A DNA stretch of 63,915 nucleotides, filler included, from Candidatus Woesearchaeota archaeon (GTDB lineage Archaea > Nanobdellota > Nanobdellia > Woesearchaeales > JACPBO01), in NCBI GenBank assembly GCA_016180285.1. It is 5 parts of 5 records of this genome, joined end to end, with 100 filler letters (N's around TTAATTAATTAA, not from the genome) between each part and the next. Parts side by side here need not be neighbours in the genome. Positions count along the whole stretch, not along the records: positions 30,503 to 43,416 come from JACPBO010000028.1; positions 43,517 to 55,884 come from JACPBO010000029.1; 3 more parts are not named here. One strand, given 5' to 3'. The translations under genes and the position numbers were made by a program. Positions 38,674 through 48,092 of this stretch are shown in pieces. The notes under the pieces are model-generated. The model made no database searches. It was not told where the DNA came from and worked only from the letters and a program-made list of their open reading frames with translations. Positions within the stretch are counted from its first letter, which is position 1; every line of letters starts with the position of its first letter.

Positions 38674-41600
38674 AAAAGATCTTAATGTTGAAAATAATCC
38701 TGATGTTCTTCTTAGTTGCGCTTCTCTCACATCTGATAACCGCAGCTCCCACGCCTTATCTGGTGGAAACATCAACAACAATTTACAACGTTACAGGCGG
38801 CATTCTAAACACAACAGGAACAGGCTATGTTGAGGTTGATGCAGGCAACACAGTTGATGTTTTGCAGTACCTCAGGATCAATTTTTCAACAGCAAACAAC
38901 ACAAACCTGAACTCAACGCAATCTTACAGGGCAACAGCAGCGTCTGTGAATGCAGGCGACAGGACAAGGATATTTGTTGACACTAACAGCAGCCAGCAGT
39001 CCAGCTCTTATTCAATAAGCAATGTCTCGAACAGGACAGCATTAAGGCTGGCTTACGCAAATCTTGCAGGAGGCAATGACCTTATCCCTTCAGTCCAGAA
39101 TAATTTCACATTTAACATCACAGCATCAACAACAGCTTCAATTCAAATAACGCTTTTCATGCAGGCAGCAAAAAATATATTGGGCAGCAATGATTCAATG
39201 AATATAACATCGGCATCAGCAACCTCAGGAACAGCAACAGTTCAGGACAGCGATTCAGATTCCTATAATGACATGATCAACTGGAGCGGGACATTGAATG
39301 GAAATTTAACAATATCCTTCAATGCCACTATAACGCCCGGCATAAATTATAATGAAACAGACCTTACTGTTGCTCTCAATTCAGATTACAGCGTAAATGC
39401 GTCATCCAATGTCAACACAACTATCAGCGGAGTTTTGCTCAATAACACATTCTCCCGCGGCCCGATAAGAGAGGGCGTTGAGCTGCTCTATGATGTTTTG
39501 TGGCGCGTCCGAGGCTATATTGTAAATGTTGCTCAAGCCCTTAATTACACGCTGCATTCATGGGCGTTGTACAGGGTGGATGACCTTCAGACTGCGATCT
39601 CATCTTCAAGCCCGGAAACAGCATTAACGCCAAACCAAACATTTTATACAAGCATACAGGCGACAAACAGCACAAAGCCCTATTACGCAGCGGCATTCAA
39701 CTGGGAAGTTGTATGGAACAATCCAATCTATATTGGCTCAACAATAAGCAGGATGAGTCTTCCTGCACTATATGAAATGGACGATTCTTTAAGCAAGTCA
39801 GTTGCAACAGCAGCAAACACAGCTTCCAGCAGGACAGTAAATATTACAGACTCTGTAAGAAACCTTGGCCAGGCTTCGATAAGCATAAATGATATTTTGA
39901 TGAATTCAACAATTCCAAGGCAGACAGCAGCAGGCGCAGCTGCATTATGGTCCGGAAGCATAAGCTCAGCCAATGCCTTTTATGTAAATTCAACAGGAAC
40001 ATACATCATAACAGGCTATGCAAACATAACAATAGTGAATGCAACTTCATCAAATGACGGCTATATCTTCCTCAACATTACAAACATGAGCGCTCTTCTG
40101 AACTTCAGCCTTGGCCAGAATGAAGACATAGTGCTGCAATATATCCTGACAGGAACTCCATCTGCGTCAGACCAGACATTTGATTTCCTTTCAAACATAA
40201 CAGTAAAAACAAGCTCAGGAACTCCATTAACCAGAAATTCATCAGCTGCAAAAACAATAACAGGCTATGCAGTCACGCCAACACCTACACCTACGCCAAC
40301 TCCATCTCCGAGCAGTGGAGGCGGTTCATCAGCTGGCGGAGGAAGCGGAGGCATAGTAGCCGGCATTGCGCCTGTGCTCGACATTATAAATGAGATGGCT
40401 TTTTCAAAGGTTGTAAAAAAGAACTTAATAAATGTCGAAGTCATAGATGGTGTGCAGGATTATGGAAAAAAAGGGGCAAGCGATATGCGCATTTTGATTT
40501 ACCTTCCTTTGGGAAGCATATTCAATTATTCCTCTGTTATTGCCAAAACATTCACTTCAAAAATATCGAAATGGAATGATTTCAAAGAAAGCGATTTAAT
40601 AATAGCTGAAGGAACAGCGGCAATTGGCTCAGCAGCATACAAGACAATAAGCATAGAGGGCAAGAAGGCATGGCATCTTTATGACAGCGACAAGCTCTCA
40701 ATAATCTATGATACAGAGCTTCCATACGGAACGCACAACCTTCTTGTAAGGGTATCTGGATATAATCCCTATAGGGAAAGCAGAATCTTTGAGGACTCTT
40801 ATATTGCAATAAGAGTTGAAAAATTCATAAATCTGCCATTGCAGATAACAGAAACAAACTTCCAGCAGGAAGAAGCGCCAAAGGCCAATAAGCCGGTAAG
40901 CTGGTTCAACACAATAGAAGTTTACAATCCGAATGAAGTTGCAGTTGAGCAGGGATTTAGCACTCATGTATTCAGCGACATCCTTAATGCCTATATGATT
41001 AAAGGCGAAGAAAGGTCTGCTTTAGAGCTGAAAAAGGACGGTGAGCTGTTTGCATTATGGCATGACCGCTTCGAGCCGTCAATAAAACAAAAATACACGC
41101 TTCAGATATTAACCCCGCCGGTAATAGAATCAAAAAGGGAAACAGTGATTTTATCAATAAACAACACATTTGTAAAATTTTTATTCAATGCAACGCTTGA
41201 AAACACTGCTCTTGCGGATTACAAAAATGTGATGTACTTCATTCCGATAGAGTTGGAAAAAATATTAGGCATAGCAATTGAAAATATGCCTGAAAATGAA
41301 TTAAATGCAGCTGACTTTGTTCTTTTTGATGAAATAAAAAGCAATCATACAAAAAATATTCAGATAATATACCAGGAGCATGTCCCTGTCCTGAAGGCTA
41401 TAGTTGAAAAGCCATCATACATATGCAATTCAAAAGTGAATCTCACAACTCTGATAATCATGGCTGCAAAGGCATATGGCTTCAATCTTGAAACAGAGGT
41501 TGTATCAGAGAAATTTGAAAATGTCTTTTCAAGCATATATGCATTGACAAATATATCATCTGGAAAAGAAGCAGTTGTTCCGCAATTATTCAGCCTGCAG

Positions 41601-42062
41601 CCTCTTCCATCTGGGAAATATACAGTAATCTCAAGGCTAAGAAAGGATTTCTCAACAATATTGACGGATACCGCCACTTTTGATGTTTCGTGCCCGATAA
41701 CAAGAAAATTATCAGCAATATGGACGCTCGCAATTATAGCATCATTTATATTGTTCTTCACAAGAACATACTGGTCAGGCCAGATATCAAATATAGGCCC
41801 GGCCATAACAAAGTTTGCTTCGAAAAGATATGGCATTATCAAAAGCCAGGCAAAAGAGCTTGAATCCAGAATGAAAAAATATGAAAGCAAGGAATACTTG
41901 CACGAGCAGCAGCAGAAATTCGCGCTCAAGGAAAAGCTTGAAAAAGAGCTTGGCGTTTTGGAAGAAGCCCATGACTCAAAACTAATATCTGACGAGGCAT
42001 TTGAGAAAAGCAGGAATAAGCTGGTTGAGTTATTGAAAGGGCTTAAATCAAAAAATAATTGA
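38670..42062 (+). CDS. Large secreted, membrane-anchored surface glycoprotein
   Basis: Signal peptide, N-x-S/T-rich beta domains, (TP)n-SSGGG linker, late TM helix, cytoplasmic coiled coil. Confidence 0.85.
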   Translation: MKKILMLKIILMFFLVALLSHLITAAPTPYLVETSTTIYNVTGGILNTTGTGYVEVDAGNTVDVLQYLRINFSTANNTNLNSTQSYRATAASVNAGDRTRIFVDTNSSQQSSSYSISNVSNRTALRLAYANLAGGNDLIPSVQNNFTFNITASTTASIQITLFMQAAKNILGSNDSMNITSASATSGTATVQDSDSDSYNDMINWSGTLNGNLTISFNATITPGINYNETDLTVALNSDYSVNASSNVNTTISGVLLNNTFSRGPIREGVELLYDVLWRVRGYIVNVAQALNYTLHSWALYRVDDLQTAISSSSPETALTPNQTFYTSIQATNSTKPYYAAAFNWEVVWNNPIYIGSTISRMSLPALYEMDDSLSKSVATAANTASSRTVNITDSVRNLGQASISINDILMNSTIPRQTAAGAAALWSGSISSANAFYVNSTGTYIITGYANITIVNATSSNDGYIFLNITNMSALLNFSLGQNEDIVLQYILTGTPSASDQTFDFLSNITVKTSSGTPLTRNSSAAKTITGYAVTPTPTPTPTPSPSSGGGSSAGGGSGGIVAGIAPVLDIINEMAFSKVVKKNLINVEVIDGVQDYGKKGASDMRILIYLPLGSIFNYSSVIAKTFTSKISKWNDFKESDLIIAEGTAAIGSAAYKTISIEGKKAWHLYDSDKLSIIYDTELPYGTHNLLVRVSGYNPYRESRIFEDSYIAIRVEKFINLPLQITETNFQQEEAPKANKPVSWFNTIEVYNPNEVAVEQGFSTHVFSDILNAYMIKGEERSALELKKDGELFALWHDRFEPSIKQKYTLQILTPPVIESKRETVILSINNTFVKFLFNATLENTALADYKNVMYFIPIELEKILGIAIENMPENELNAADFVLFDEIKSNHTKNIQIIYQEHVPVLKAIVEKPSYICNSKVNLTTLIIMAAKAYGFNLETEVVSEKFENVFSSIYALTNISSGKEAVVPQLFSLQPLPSGKYTVISRLRKDFSTILTDTATFDVSCPITRKLSAIWTLAIIASFILFFTRTYWSGQISNIGPAITKFASKRYGIIKSQAKELESRMKKYESKEYLHEQQQKFALKEKLEKELGVLEEAHDSKLISDEAFEKSRNKLVELLKGLKSKNN

Positions 42063-42441
42063 TGCAATAACAAAAGTATTCATAGTCATAGCTATTCTCT
42101 CATCTTTCGGGTTTATAACCGACAATGGAAAAGAGAAATATGCATGCCTTTTTTCTGAAAATCTTGGCTGCATTGATTATAAGATCACATCAACTGCAAC
42201 AACGGTTTTTATTGAAAACAAGGGAGATGATATAATAATAAACAAGGTAAAAGCAAGTGATTGCAGAGATAAAGAAGAGAATATTCTTTTAAAAAATGGC
42301 GAAAAGGCAGCGATTAGCCTTGATAACTGCAAAAAAGAAGAAAGCGGAAAAAATATAGAGAGGAACATTAAAATAGAGTATGTTGATGCAAGCGGGAATG
42401 CCGGCGCAATAACAGGCAGTGTTATTTCAGTAGTCGAATGA
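42037..42441 (+). pseudogene. Pilin-like domain with no start codon, in +1 frame to the preceding gene (frameshifted fusion or decayed pilin)
   Basis: Own translation ...IIDAITKVFIVIAILSSFGFITDNGKEKYACLFSENLGCIDYKI...DC...LKNGEKAAISLDNC...ITGSVISVVE aligns by eye with the downstream pilins. Confidence 0.65.
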
Positions 42442-42521
42442 TAAAAACAGGCAATTTTCAGCGGCAAAAAGGAAAATTTATATAGTAATTAAGTAAAATT
42501 AAGGTAAATCGAGGTGATTTT

Positions 42522-42953
42522 ATGTTAAAAAAAGGACAGGCTGCAATGGAATTCTTGACAACGTATGGATGGGCTATTTTGGTTGTTTTGGCTGCAATAG
42601 CTGCATTGGCGTATTTCGGGGTTTTAAGCCCGGACAAGTTTTTGCCCAGCAAATGCATCATTTCGCCAGGTCTTGCCTGCACAGGATATAAGGTTGAAAG
42701 CGCGCAGACAACATTAGTTTTGACAAATGCGCTTGGAAAGGACATAACTGTGACAAATATAGCAGTAGGAGCGTGCAGCAAGGCATTCACCCAGAATTTG
42801 GACAATGGCGATAAGGCAAATCTTGTTTTAACAGGCTGCTCTAATGGCGATGTTAAGGCTAAATTCACAGGAGACATAACAATAGTTTATGAAGAAAAAG
42901 ACACTTTGCTTAACAAAACAACTTACGGCAGCATGGTTACAAGGGTTGAGTAA
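42522..42953 (+). CDS. Type IV pilin-like protein with class III signal peptide
   Basis: MLKKG|QAAMEFLTTYGWAILVV; GAGGTG RBS; four Cys. Confidence 0.9.
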   Translation: MLKKGQAAMEFLTTYGWAILVVLAAIAALAYFGVLSPDKFLPSKCIISPGLACTGYKVESAQTTLVLTNALGKDITVTNIAVGACSKAFTQNLDNGDKANLVLTGCSNGDVKAKFTGDITIVYEEKDTLLNKTTYGSMVTRVE

Positions 42954-43045
42954 AACAAAAAATCAGAAAGATTTATAAGGAAGGTTTAATAAAAAACAGC
43001 ATATCCAATATAAATCAAGGTTAACATAAAAAAGAGGTGAAATGT

Positions 43046-43416
43046 ATGTTTAAGAAAGGACAAGCTGCAATGGAATTCTTGATGACCTATGGATGGGCCA
43101 TCTTAGTTGTTCTTGTTGCAATAGGAGCATTGGCGTATTTCGGGGTTTTAAGCCCGGACAAGTTTTTGCCCAGCAAATGTGTTATGCCCAGCGGCGTAGC
43201 CTGCTTGGACCATAGGGCAACAACATCGCAGATAACATTGGTGCTGCAGAACAGCCTTGGCTATGGCATGAGCTCAGTTGCATTGACTGTCAACGGATGC
43301 GGAAGCACAAGTTCGCCATCAACTTTGGCTAATGGCGCAAAGGGAACGTACAATATAACATGCGGATCGGCTTTAACATCAGGCGCAAAATTCAGCGGCG
43401 ACATAACATTCAATTA
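43046..43416 (+). CDS. Type IV pilin-like protein with class III signal peptide, 3'-truncated
   Basis: MFKKG|QAAMEFLMTYGWAILVV; GAGGTG RBS. Confidence 0.9.
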
Positions 43417-43516
43417 NNNNNNNNNNNNNNNNNNNNNNNNNNNNNNNNNNNNNNNNNNNNTTAATTAATTAANNNNNNNNNNNNNNNNNNNNNNNNNNNN
43501 NNNNNNNNNNNNNNNN
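43417..43516. other. Artificial contig linker
   Basis: N44-TTAATTAATTAA-N44. Confidence 0.97.
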
Positions 43517-44492
43517 ACCATCTTCTTGCGTCATTTACCGCTTCTGCGCTTTCCCTGCTTTCCATCTCTACGCATACGCAGCCATTTTTCCTTGCCTCTT
43601 CAAGCTGTTCAATAGACTCATCTACTATAGTGGGCACATTGAAATTTAACTCGCTCTTGCCTTGAGATAAAACATTATGCATCGGATACTCAAACCTTTT
43701 TCCGTTCTTTAGGTCAACATCATCAATGATTGCTGTCGGATAAACCAGATCATTCCTCTGCAGTTTATCATCTAAGCCGCCTACACGTCCAAACATGAAT
43801 AAATCAATTTCTAGTTTTTTGCCTTCGTTTTCAGCCAGTGCTGCATATTCCCGAAGCATCTTATAGATGATATGTTTTGCCTGATCAGCATAAACAGGAC
43901 CTATGTTCAGTATCTTCTCGCCTTTTATTTCAGCTATCTGGGCATCCAAATATTCGCTTTGGCCTTTTGCAATAATCTTGGTCGCTCTTGCTATGGCATC
44001 TATTGATCCAAAAATGATTTTTCTTATATCTTTGATATCACAACTTGGGAATACTATCCTGTCCTCATATTTTTCTGAAGGAACAAACAAGCCAGCTACA
44101 AAATCATAGGCGTGGTTTTCATAGTAAATGTTTGCATCTCTTTCATTATTGTTTAAATGGTGAATTTCAAATGCCATATTTTTTCCGCTAACTGCAATAT
44201 ACTCTTCAATCAGCCGCCTGTACCTCTCTCCTCTTCCAAATCCGCTGTATTGAGGAATAAGCAATGTTCCTTTTCCTGAAGAAGGCCTGTAAAAATAGAT
44301 AGGCTCGCGCCCATTCTCCTGAACAACTCTTTCAAAATCACCGTGATCTCTGCGAATGGCCTGTTCCAGCGACGAAGGCAGAATTCCGTTATAAAGCTCA
44401 ATTTTTCCGATATCCTCGGGAGCCAAGTTTCTGCCAAAAAGCCTTGTTTCAGCATACTTGATCAATTTTCCTTTTGTGAATATTGAGATCAT
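43517..44492 (-). CDS. Nucleoside phosphorylase/AMP-nucleosidase-fold protein with long N-terminal extension, 3'-truncated
   Basis: MFGRVGGLDDKLQRNDLVYPTAI and CVEMES match the PNP_UDP G..GG...GD.V.P and EME motifs. Confidence 0.65.
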
Positions 44493-44507
44493 TTTTGTTT
44501 ACCGCCT

Positions 44508-44963
44508 TTAAAACTTCTCCAATTCATACTCATAGGTTGATTTTCCCATAGCCTTCATTTGATCTATTTCCCTCAATGATTGAGCTCCACCACCTATTCT
44601 TACTAAAGCATCTAATCCATTTTCATGAGGGTGGTGAGGTATTTTAGTGCCGTGTACAAAAGCTTGGCTTTCATCCCCCCAATTCTCACCAACAATTATT
44701 GGCTGTTCGTCAGTAGGGAACCATTCAAAATCATAAGCTTTCTTGCAACCAACACCAGCAGTCTTCCAACCCCTCCTCTTAGCTTCTTCATAAGCTAATT
44801 TAAGAACACCGACGTTAGTTACTCCTGCAACAACAGTTATTTCGTGATTTGGAAAATCTTGTATAATTAAATTATAAGCATCTATAATACAATCTAATGC
44901 TTTTTTTTCATCAAATCTTGTAGGTGGACAGTAACCCGCTACACCCAAACGTAATTTATTCAT
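44508..44963 (-). CDS. SLOG-superfamily (LOG/YpsA-like) nucleotide-binding protein
   Basis: LGVAGY, VVAGVTNVGV..LAYEEA, WGDES..F, LVRIGGGAQS..E. Confidence 0.7.
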   Translation of the reverse strand: MNKLRLGVAGYCPPTRFDEKKALDCIIDAYNLIIQDFPNHEITVVAGVTNVGVLKLAYEEAKRRGWKTAGVGCKKAYDFEWFPTDEQPIIVGENWGDESQAFVHGTKIPHHPHENGLDALVRIGGGAQSLREIDQMKAMGKSTYEYELEKF

Positions 44964-45103
44964 TGATCATCACCTTCAAAATATGTTCTTAAAGCCTCTT
45001 CAATAACATGGCTTTTGCTCCTGAAAAGCCTGTTTTTAGCCATAGTATCATTTATTTCAAGAATCAGATCCTGCTCTATTGTTACGCTTAACTTATGCCT
45101 CAT
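44960..45103 (-). CDS. Ribbon-helix-helix (CopG-like) regulator, 47 aa
   Basis: Own translation MRHKLSVTIEQDLILEINDTMAKNRLFRSKSHVIEEALRTYFEGDDQ; ATGA-coupled to SLOG gene. Confidence 0.78.
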   Translation of the reverse strand: MRHKLSVTIEQDLILEINDTMAKNRLFRSKSHVIEEALRTYFEGDDQ

Positions 45104-45190
45104 ATGGTAGTATGATGCACTCATCATTTATAAATCTTTCTATTTTTAACTACTATTTAGTGATTTCAAATAAGAAGCAAGGTTTAAATA

Positions 45191-45211
45191 TTACTGTAGT
45201 CATCACACTAT
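45191..45211 (+). promoter_or_regulatory. Weak candidate NrtR operator (autoregulation)
   Basis: TTACTGTAGTCATCACACTAT between TATA (TTTAAATA) and the nrtR ATG; partial match to the 21-bp consensus. Confidence 0.45.
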
Positions 45212-45213
45212 CA

Positions 45214-45873
45214 ATGGAAGAATTAAAGAAAGACAGGTTCTATATTGCAGTAGATGCTGTAATCTTCACCATACTGGATAAGGAGCTCAAGATCCTCCTG
45301 ATAAAAAGAAAAAACGACCCTTTCAAAGGCAGATACGCCCTGCCTGGCGGGTTTGTTGAACTGGATGAAAATCTTGAAGATGCTGCAAGGCGCGAGCTGG
45401 AAGAAGAAACAGGAGTTAAGAATATTTTCCTGAAAAAGCTCCATGCTTTTGGCGATGTTGGCAGGGATCCCCGCGGCAGGGTCATTACAATCCCTTTTCT
45501 CGCTTTAATAGATGGCGATAAAATAAAATTTCATTCGACATCTGATGCGGAATTGGCAAGATGGCATTCTGTTTATGATCTGCCTGACCTGGCATTCGAC
45601 CATAAAAAAATCATCGAAGACGCGCTGCAGCATTTAAGGTTTGAAATGCAGAATACAAACATTGCATTCCAGATGATGCCTGAGAAGTTTACTTTGACAG
45701 AACTGCAGCAGGCGCATGAAATAGTGCTGGATAAAAAGACCGATAAGAGGAATTTCAGGAAGAAAATCAGCGAGTTAGGAATATTAAAGGGGCTGCCGGA
45801 AACAAAAATGGAAGGAGCTCACCGCCCGGCAAAGATTTATTCTTTTAAATTAAAGGGATATAGGATGCTGTAA
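45214..45873 (+). CDS. nrtR: NrtR: Nudix-related NAD-metabolism transcriptional regulator
   Basis: AVDAVIF, ALPGGFV..DE....AARRELEEETG, RDPRGRVIT, LAFDH; wHTH FTLTELQ..HE...DKRNFRKK...GAHRPAKIY. Confidence 0.92.
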   Translation: MEELKKDRFYIAVDAVIFTILDKELKILLIKRKNDPFKGRYALPGGFVELDENLEDAARRELEEETGVKNIFLKKLHAFGDVGRDPRGRVITIPFLALIDGDKIKFHSTSDAELARWHSVYDLPDLAFDHKKIIEDALQHLRFEMQNTNIAFQMMPEKFTLTELQQAHEIVLDKKTDKRNFRKKISELGILKGLPETKMEGAHRPAKIYSFKLKGYRML

Positions 45874-45882
45874 TTATATTGC

Positions 45883-46332
45883 TTAAATAAGAACGCATTC
45901 GTTTTGCTGTTTTTTATACGGCGGTGTTATAGTTATGCTGCCAATAGCACTCCTAAGATTTCCCTTTTTATCTTCAATAGTGATTCTGACTTCATGCTCT
46001 CCTATCTGTAAAGAATACAGCTCTTGTGCAGAGAGTCCAAAATAACCTACCAGCCCGTTTACTCTTTTTAGATCTTTCTTATTTTCTATACGTATGTTGC
46101 CATCAGAGGCGAATTCATCTAATGTGCCATTAATGTATGTTTTATCATCAATTTTTATTGTTAATCTGTCAATAAAATCCTCATCTTTGGCTTTAAAAAA
46201 AACAAAAATCTCTTCTTTAGCATCTTTGAACTTCATTCTCACATAGTTGTTTTTTCTATATCCATGATCATAAAAGTTATAACATGTGAGTGCGGCAATA
46301 AGAGCGCAAGATAAGATATCCATTTTTTTCAT
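45883..46332 (-). CDS. Secreted/membrane-anchored hypothetical protein
   Basis: N-terminal hydrophobic segment; Ig-like C-terminal strands (GEHEVRITIEDKKGN). Confidence 0.6.
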   Translation of the reverse strand: MKKMDILSCALIAALTCYNFYDHGYRKNNYVRMKFKDAKEEIFVFFKAKDEDFIDRLTIKIDDKTYINGTLDEFASDGNIRIENKKDLKRVNGLVGYFGLSAQELYSLQIGEHEVRITIEDKKGNLRSAIGSITITPPYKKQQNECVLI

Positions 46333-46446
46333 AAATAGTGTAACTTGATGGTGGTATATAAATCTTTTGAATTATTTTTGCTGCAAAGCCATTTTTAATT
46401 TTATTCTTGACATATATTCTGCAGTATAGAAATATTTATATACTTA

Positions 46447-46467
46447 TTAGTGTATATCATACACTAA
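46447..46467. promoter_or_regulatory. Candidate NrtR operator 1 (pncB promoter)
   Basis: TTAGTGTAT-ATC-ATACACTAA with perfect 9-bp arms, 4 nt downstream of TTTATATA. Confidence 0.78.
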
Positions 46468-46499
46468 GAGATAAAAGCTCAGTTATTTTTTCATCATAG

Positions 46500-46520
46500 T
46501 AAGTGTATAAAATACAATAA
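46500..46520. promoter_or_regulatory. Candidate NrtR operator 2 (pncB leader)
   Basis: TAAGTGTAT-AAA-ATACAATAA, 11 nt before the ATG. Confidence 0.68.
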
Positions 46521-46531
46521 GTAAAAACAAA

Positions 46532-47869
46532 ATGAAAGAAAACAAAACAATGCTGACGGACCTGTACCAGCTGACAATGAACGCAGCTTATTTTGACAAC
46601 AATAAAGATGATGCTGCAACATTTGACCTGTTCATAAGAAAACTTCCAAATGACTGGGGGTATTTCATAGCCAATGGAATTGAAGATGCTGTTGACTATT
46701 TAACAACCCTGAGATTTGAGGAAGACGATATAGCTTACTTAAGAGAACAAGGAATTTTCAATGAGGATTTTTTAGAGTTCTTAAAAGACTTCAGATTTGA
46801 GGGTGATGTTTACGCGGTAAAAGAAGGAACTCTGATATTCCCAAATGAGCCGGTATTAAGGGTAACTGCAAAAAGAACCCAGGCGCAGTTTGTTGAAAGC
46901 GCCTTGCTGAACATTATAAACTTTCAGACAATGATCGCAGCTAAAACAAACAGGGTTGTAAATGCTGCTAAAGGTGCAAAAGTTGTTGATTTTGGCTTAA
47001 GAAGGGCGCAAGAAGAAGATGCTGCAATAAAGGGAGCAAGAGCCGCTTATATCGCCGGAGCAATAGCAACTTCAAATGTCAAGGCTGGAAAAGAATATAA
47101 AATCCCTATAAATGGCACTCAGGCGCATAGCTTCGTCATGAGCTTTCCTGCTGAATTGGAATCATTCAGAGCTTATGCTAAAACATTTCCAAACAATCCA
47201 ACTTTGCTTATTGATACCTATGACACATTGCAGGGAGCAAGAAATGCCGCAGTTGTTGCCAAGGAGTTAGAGCAGCAGGGCAAGAAGCTTGGGGCAGTAA
47301 GGCTTGACAGCGGAGATTTGGCAGACTTATCAAAAAAAGCAAGAGCAATCCTTGATGAGCAAGGCCTTGATTATGTCAGAATAGTTGCAAGCAATGACCT
47401 CAATGAGTACAAAATAGATGATTTAGTGAAAGCAGGAGCTCCAATTAATGGCTATGGCGTTGGCACAGAAATGATAACTGCTAAGCCAATCGCCGCAATT
47501 CCTGGCGTCTATAAGCTGGTAGAAGATGATGATGGGGCAAAGATCAAATTAAGCAATGAAAAAAGAACTTTGCCTGGAAAGAAGCAAATCTATAGAATAG
47601 AAAATAAGGGAAAATATGAAAAAGACATAATTGCTTTAGAAACTGAAAAAATAGAAGGAAAACCCTTGCTGGAAAAAGCAGTTCTTAATGGCCGGAGAGT
47701 TAGGGAAAGAAGAGGCCTAAAAGAAACAAGGCAATACTGCTTAGAAGAAGTTGCAAAACTTCCTGATGAATTAAAACAAGTTAGAGTTGATCAACAATAC
47801 ACTATCGAGTTAGCTCCAGCTCTAAACAATTTAGTGGAGCAATTGACAAAACAATATGGAGGCGGGTAA
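46532..47869 (+). CDS. pncB: Nicotinate phosphoribosyltransferase
   Basis: LTDLYQLTM, DFGLRRAQ, GTQAHS, LIDTYD, VRLDSGDL, GVGT, GVYKL. Confidence 0.95.
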   Translation: MKENKTMLTDLYQLTMNAAYFDNNKDDAATFDLFIRKLPNDWGYFIANGIEDAVDYLTTLRFEEDDIAYLREQGIFNEDFLEFLKDFRFEGDVYAVKEGTLIFPNEPVLRVTAKRTQAQFVESALLNIINFQTMIAAKTNRVVNAAKGAKVVDFGLRRAQEEDAAIKGARAAYIAGAIATSNVKAGKEYKIPINGTQAHSFVMSFPAELESFRAYAKTFPNNPTLLIDTYDTLQGARNAAVVAKELEQQGKKLGAVRLDSGDLADLSKKARAILDEQGLDYVRIVASNDLNEYKIDDLVKAGAPINGYGVGTEMITAKPIAAIPGVYKLVEDDDGAKIKLSNEKRTLPGKKQIYRIENKGKYEKDIIALETEKIEGKPLLEKAVLNGRRVRERRGLKETRQYCLEEVAKLPDELKQVRVDQQYTIELAPALNNLVEQLTKQYGGG

Positions 47870-47870
47870 A

Positions 47871-48092
47871 ATGGACCAAGAACGAACAGGGGCAATTGTT
47901 GAAGATGAGCAGGGCAGAATGCATCTCTTGCTGCAGGAAAGAAAATATGCAGAAGACGATCAAATCAGGCAATTTGATGCCGTAACTTTAGACGTGCCTT
48001 TAGAAGATCAACAAGCAAAGCCCCAGTATTACATTTTGAGGGTAATTGAGCAAAAGAAAGAGCAGGATTACCAGAGAAGGTGGGTGAGATGA
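47871..48092 (+). CDS. Small acidic hypothetical protein in the NAD operon
   Basis: 73 aa, GGAGG RBS, ATGA overlap with pncA. Confidence 0.6.
   Translation: MDQERTGAIVEDEQGRMHLLLQERKYAEDDQIRQFDAVTLDVPLEDQQAKPQYYILRVIEQKKEQDYQRRWVR

Noticed and set aside
41360..42877. Minus-strand ORFs 41360-42073, 42177-42467 and 42458-42877, and similar short antisense ORFs window-wide
   Set aside because: Shadows of well-supported genes on the opposite strand, with no motifs of their own.
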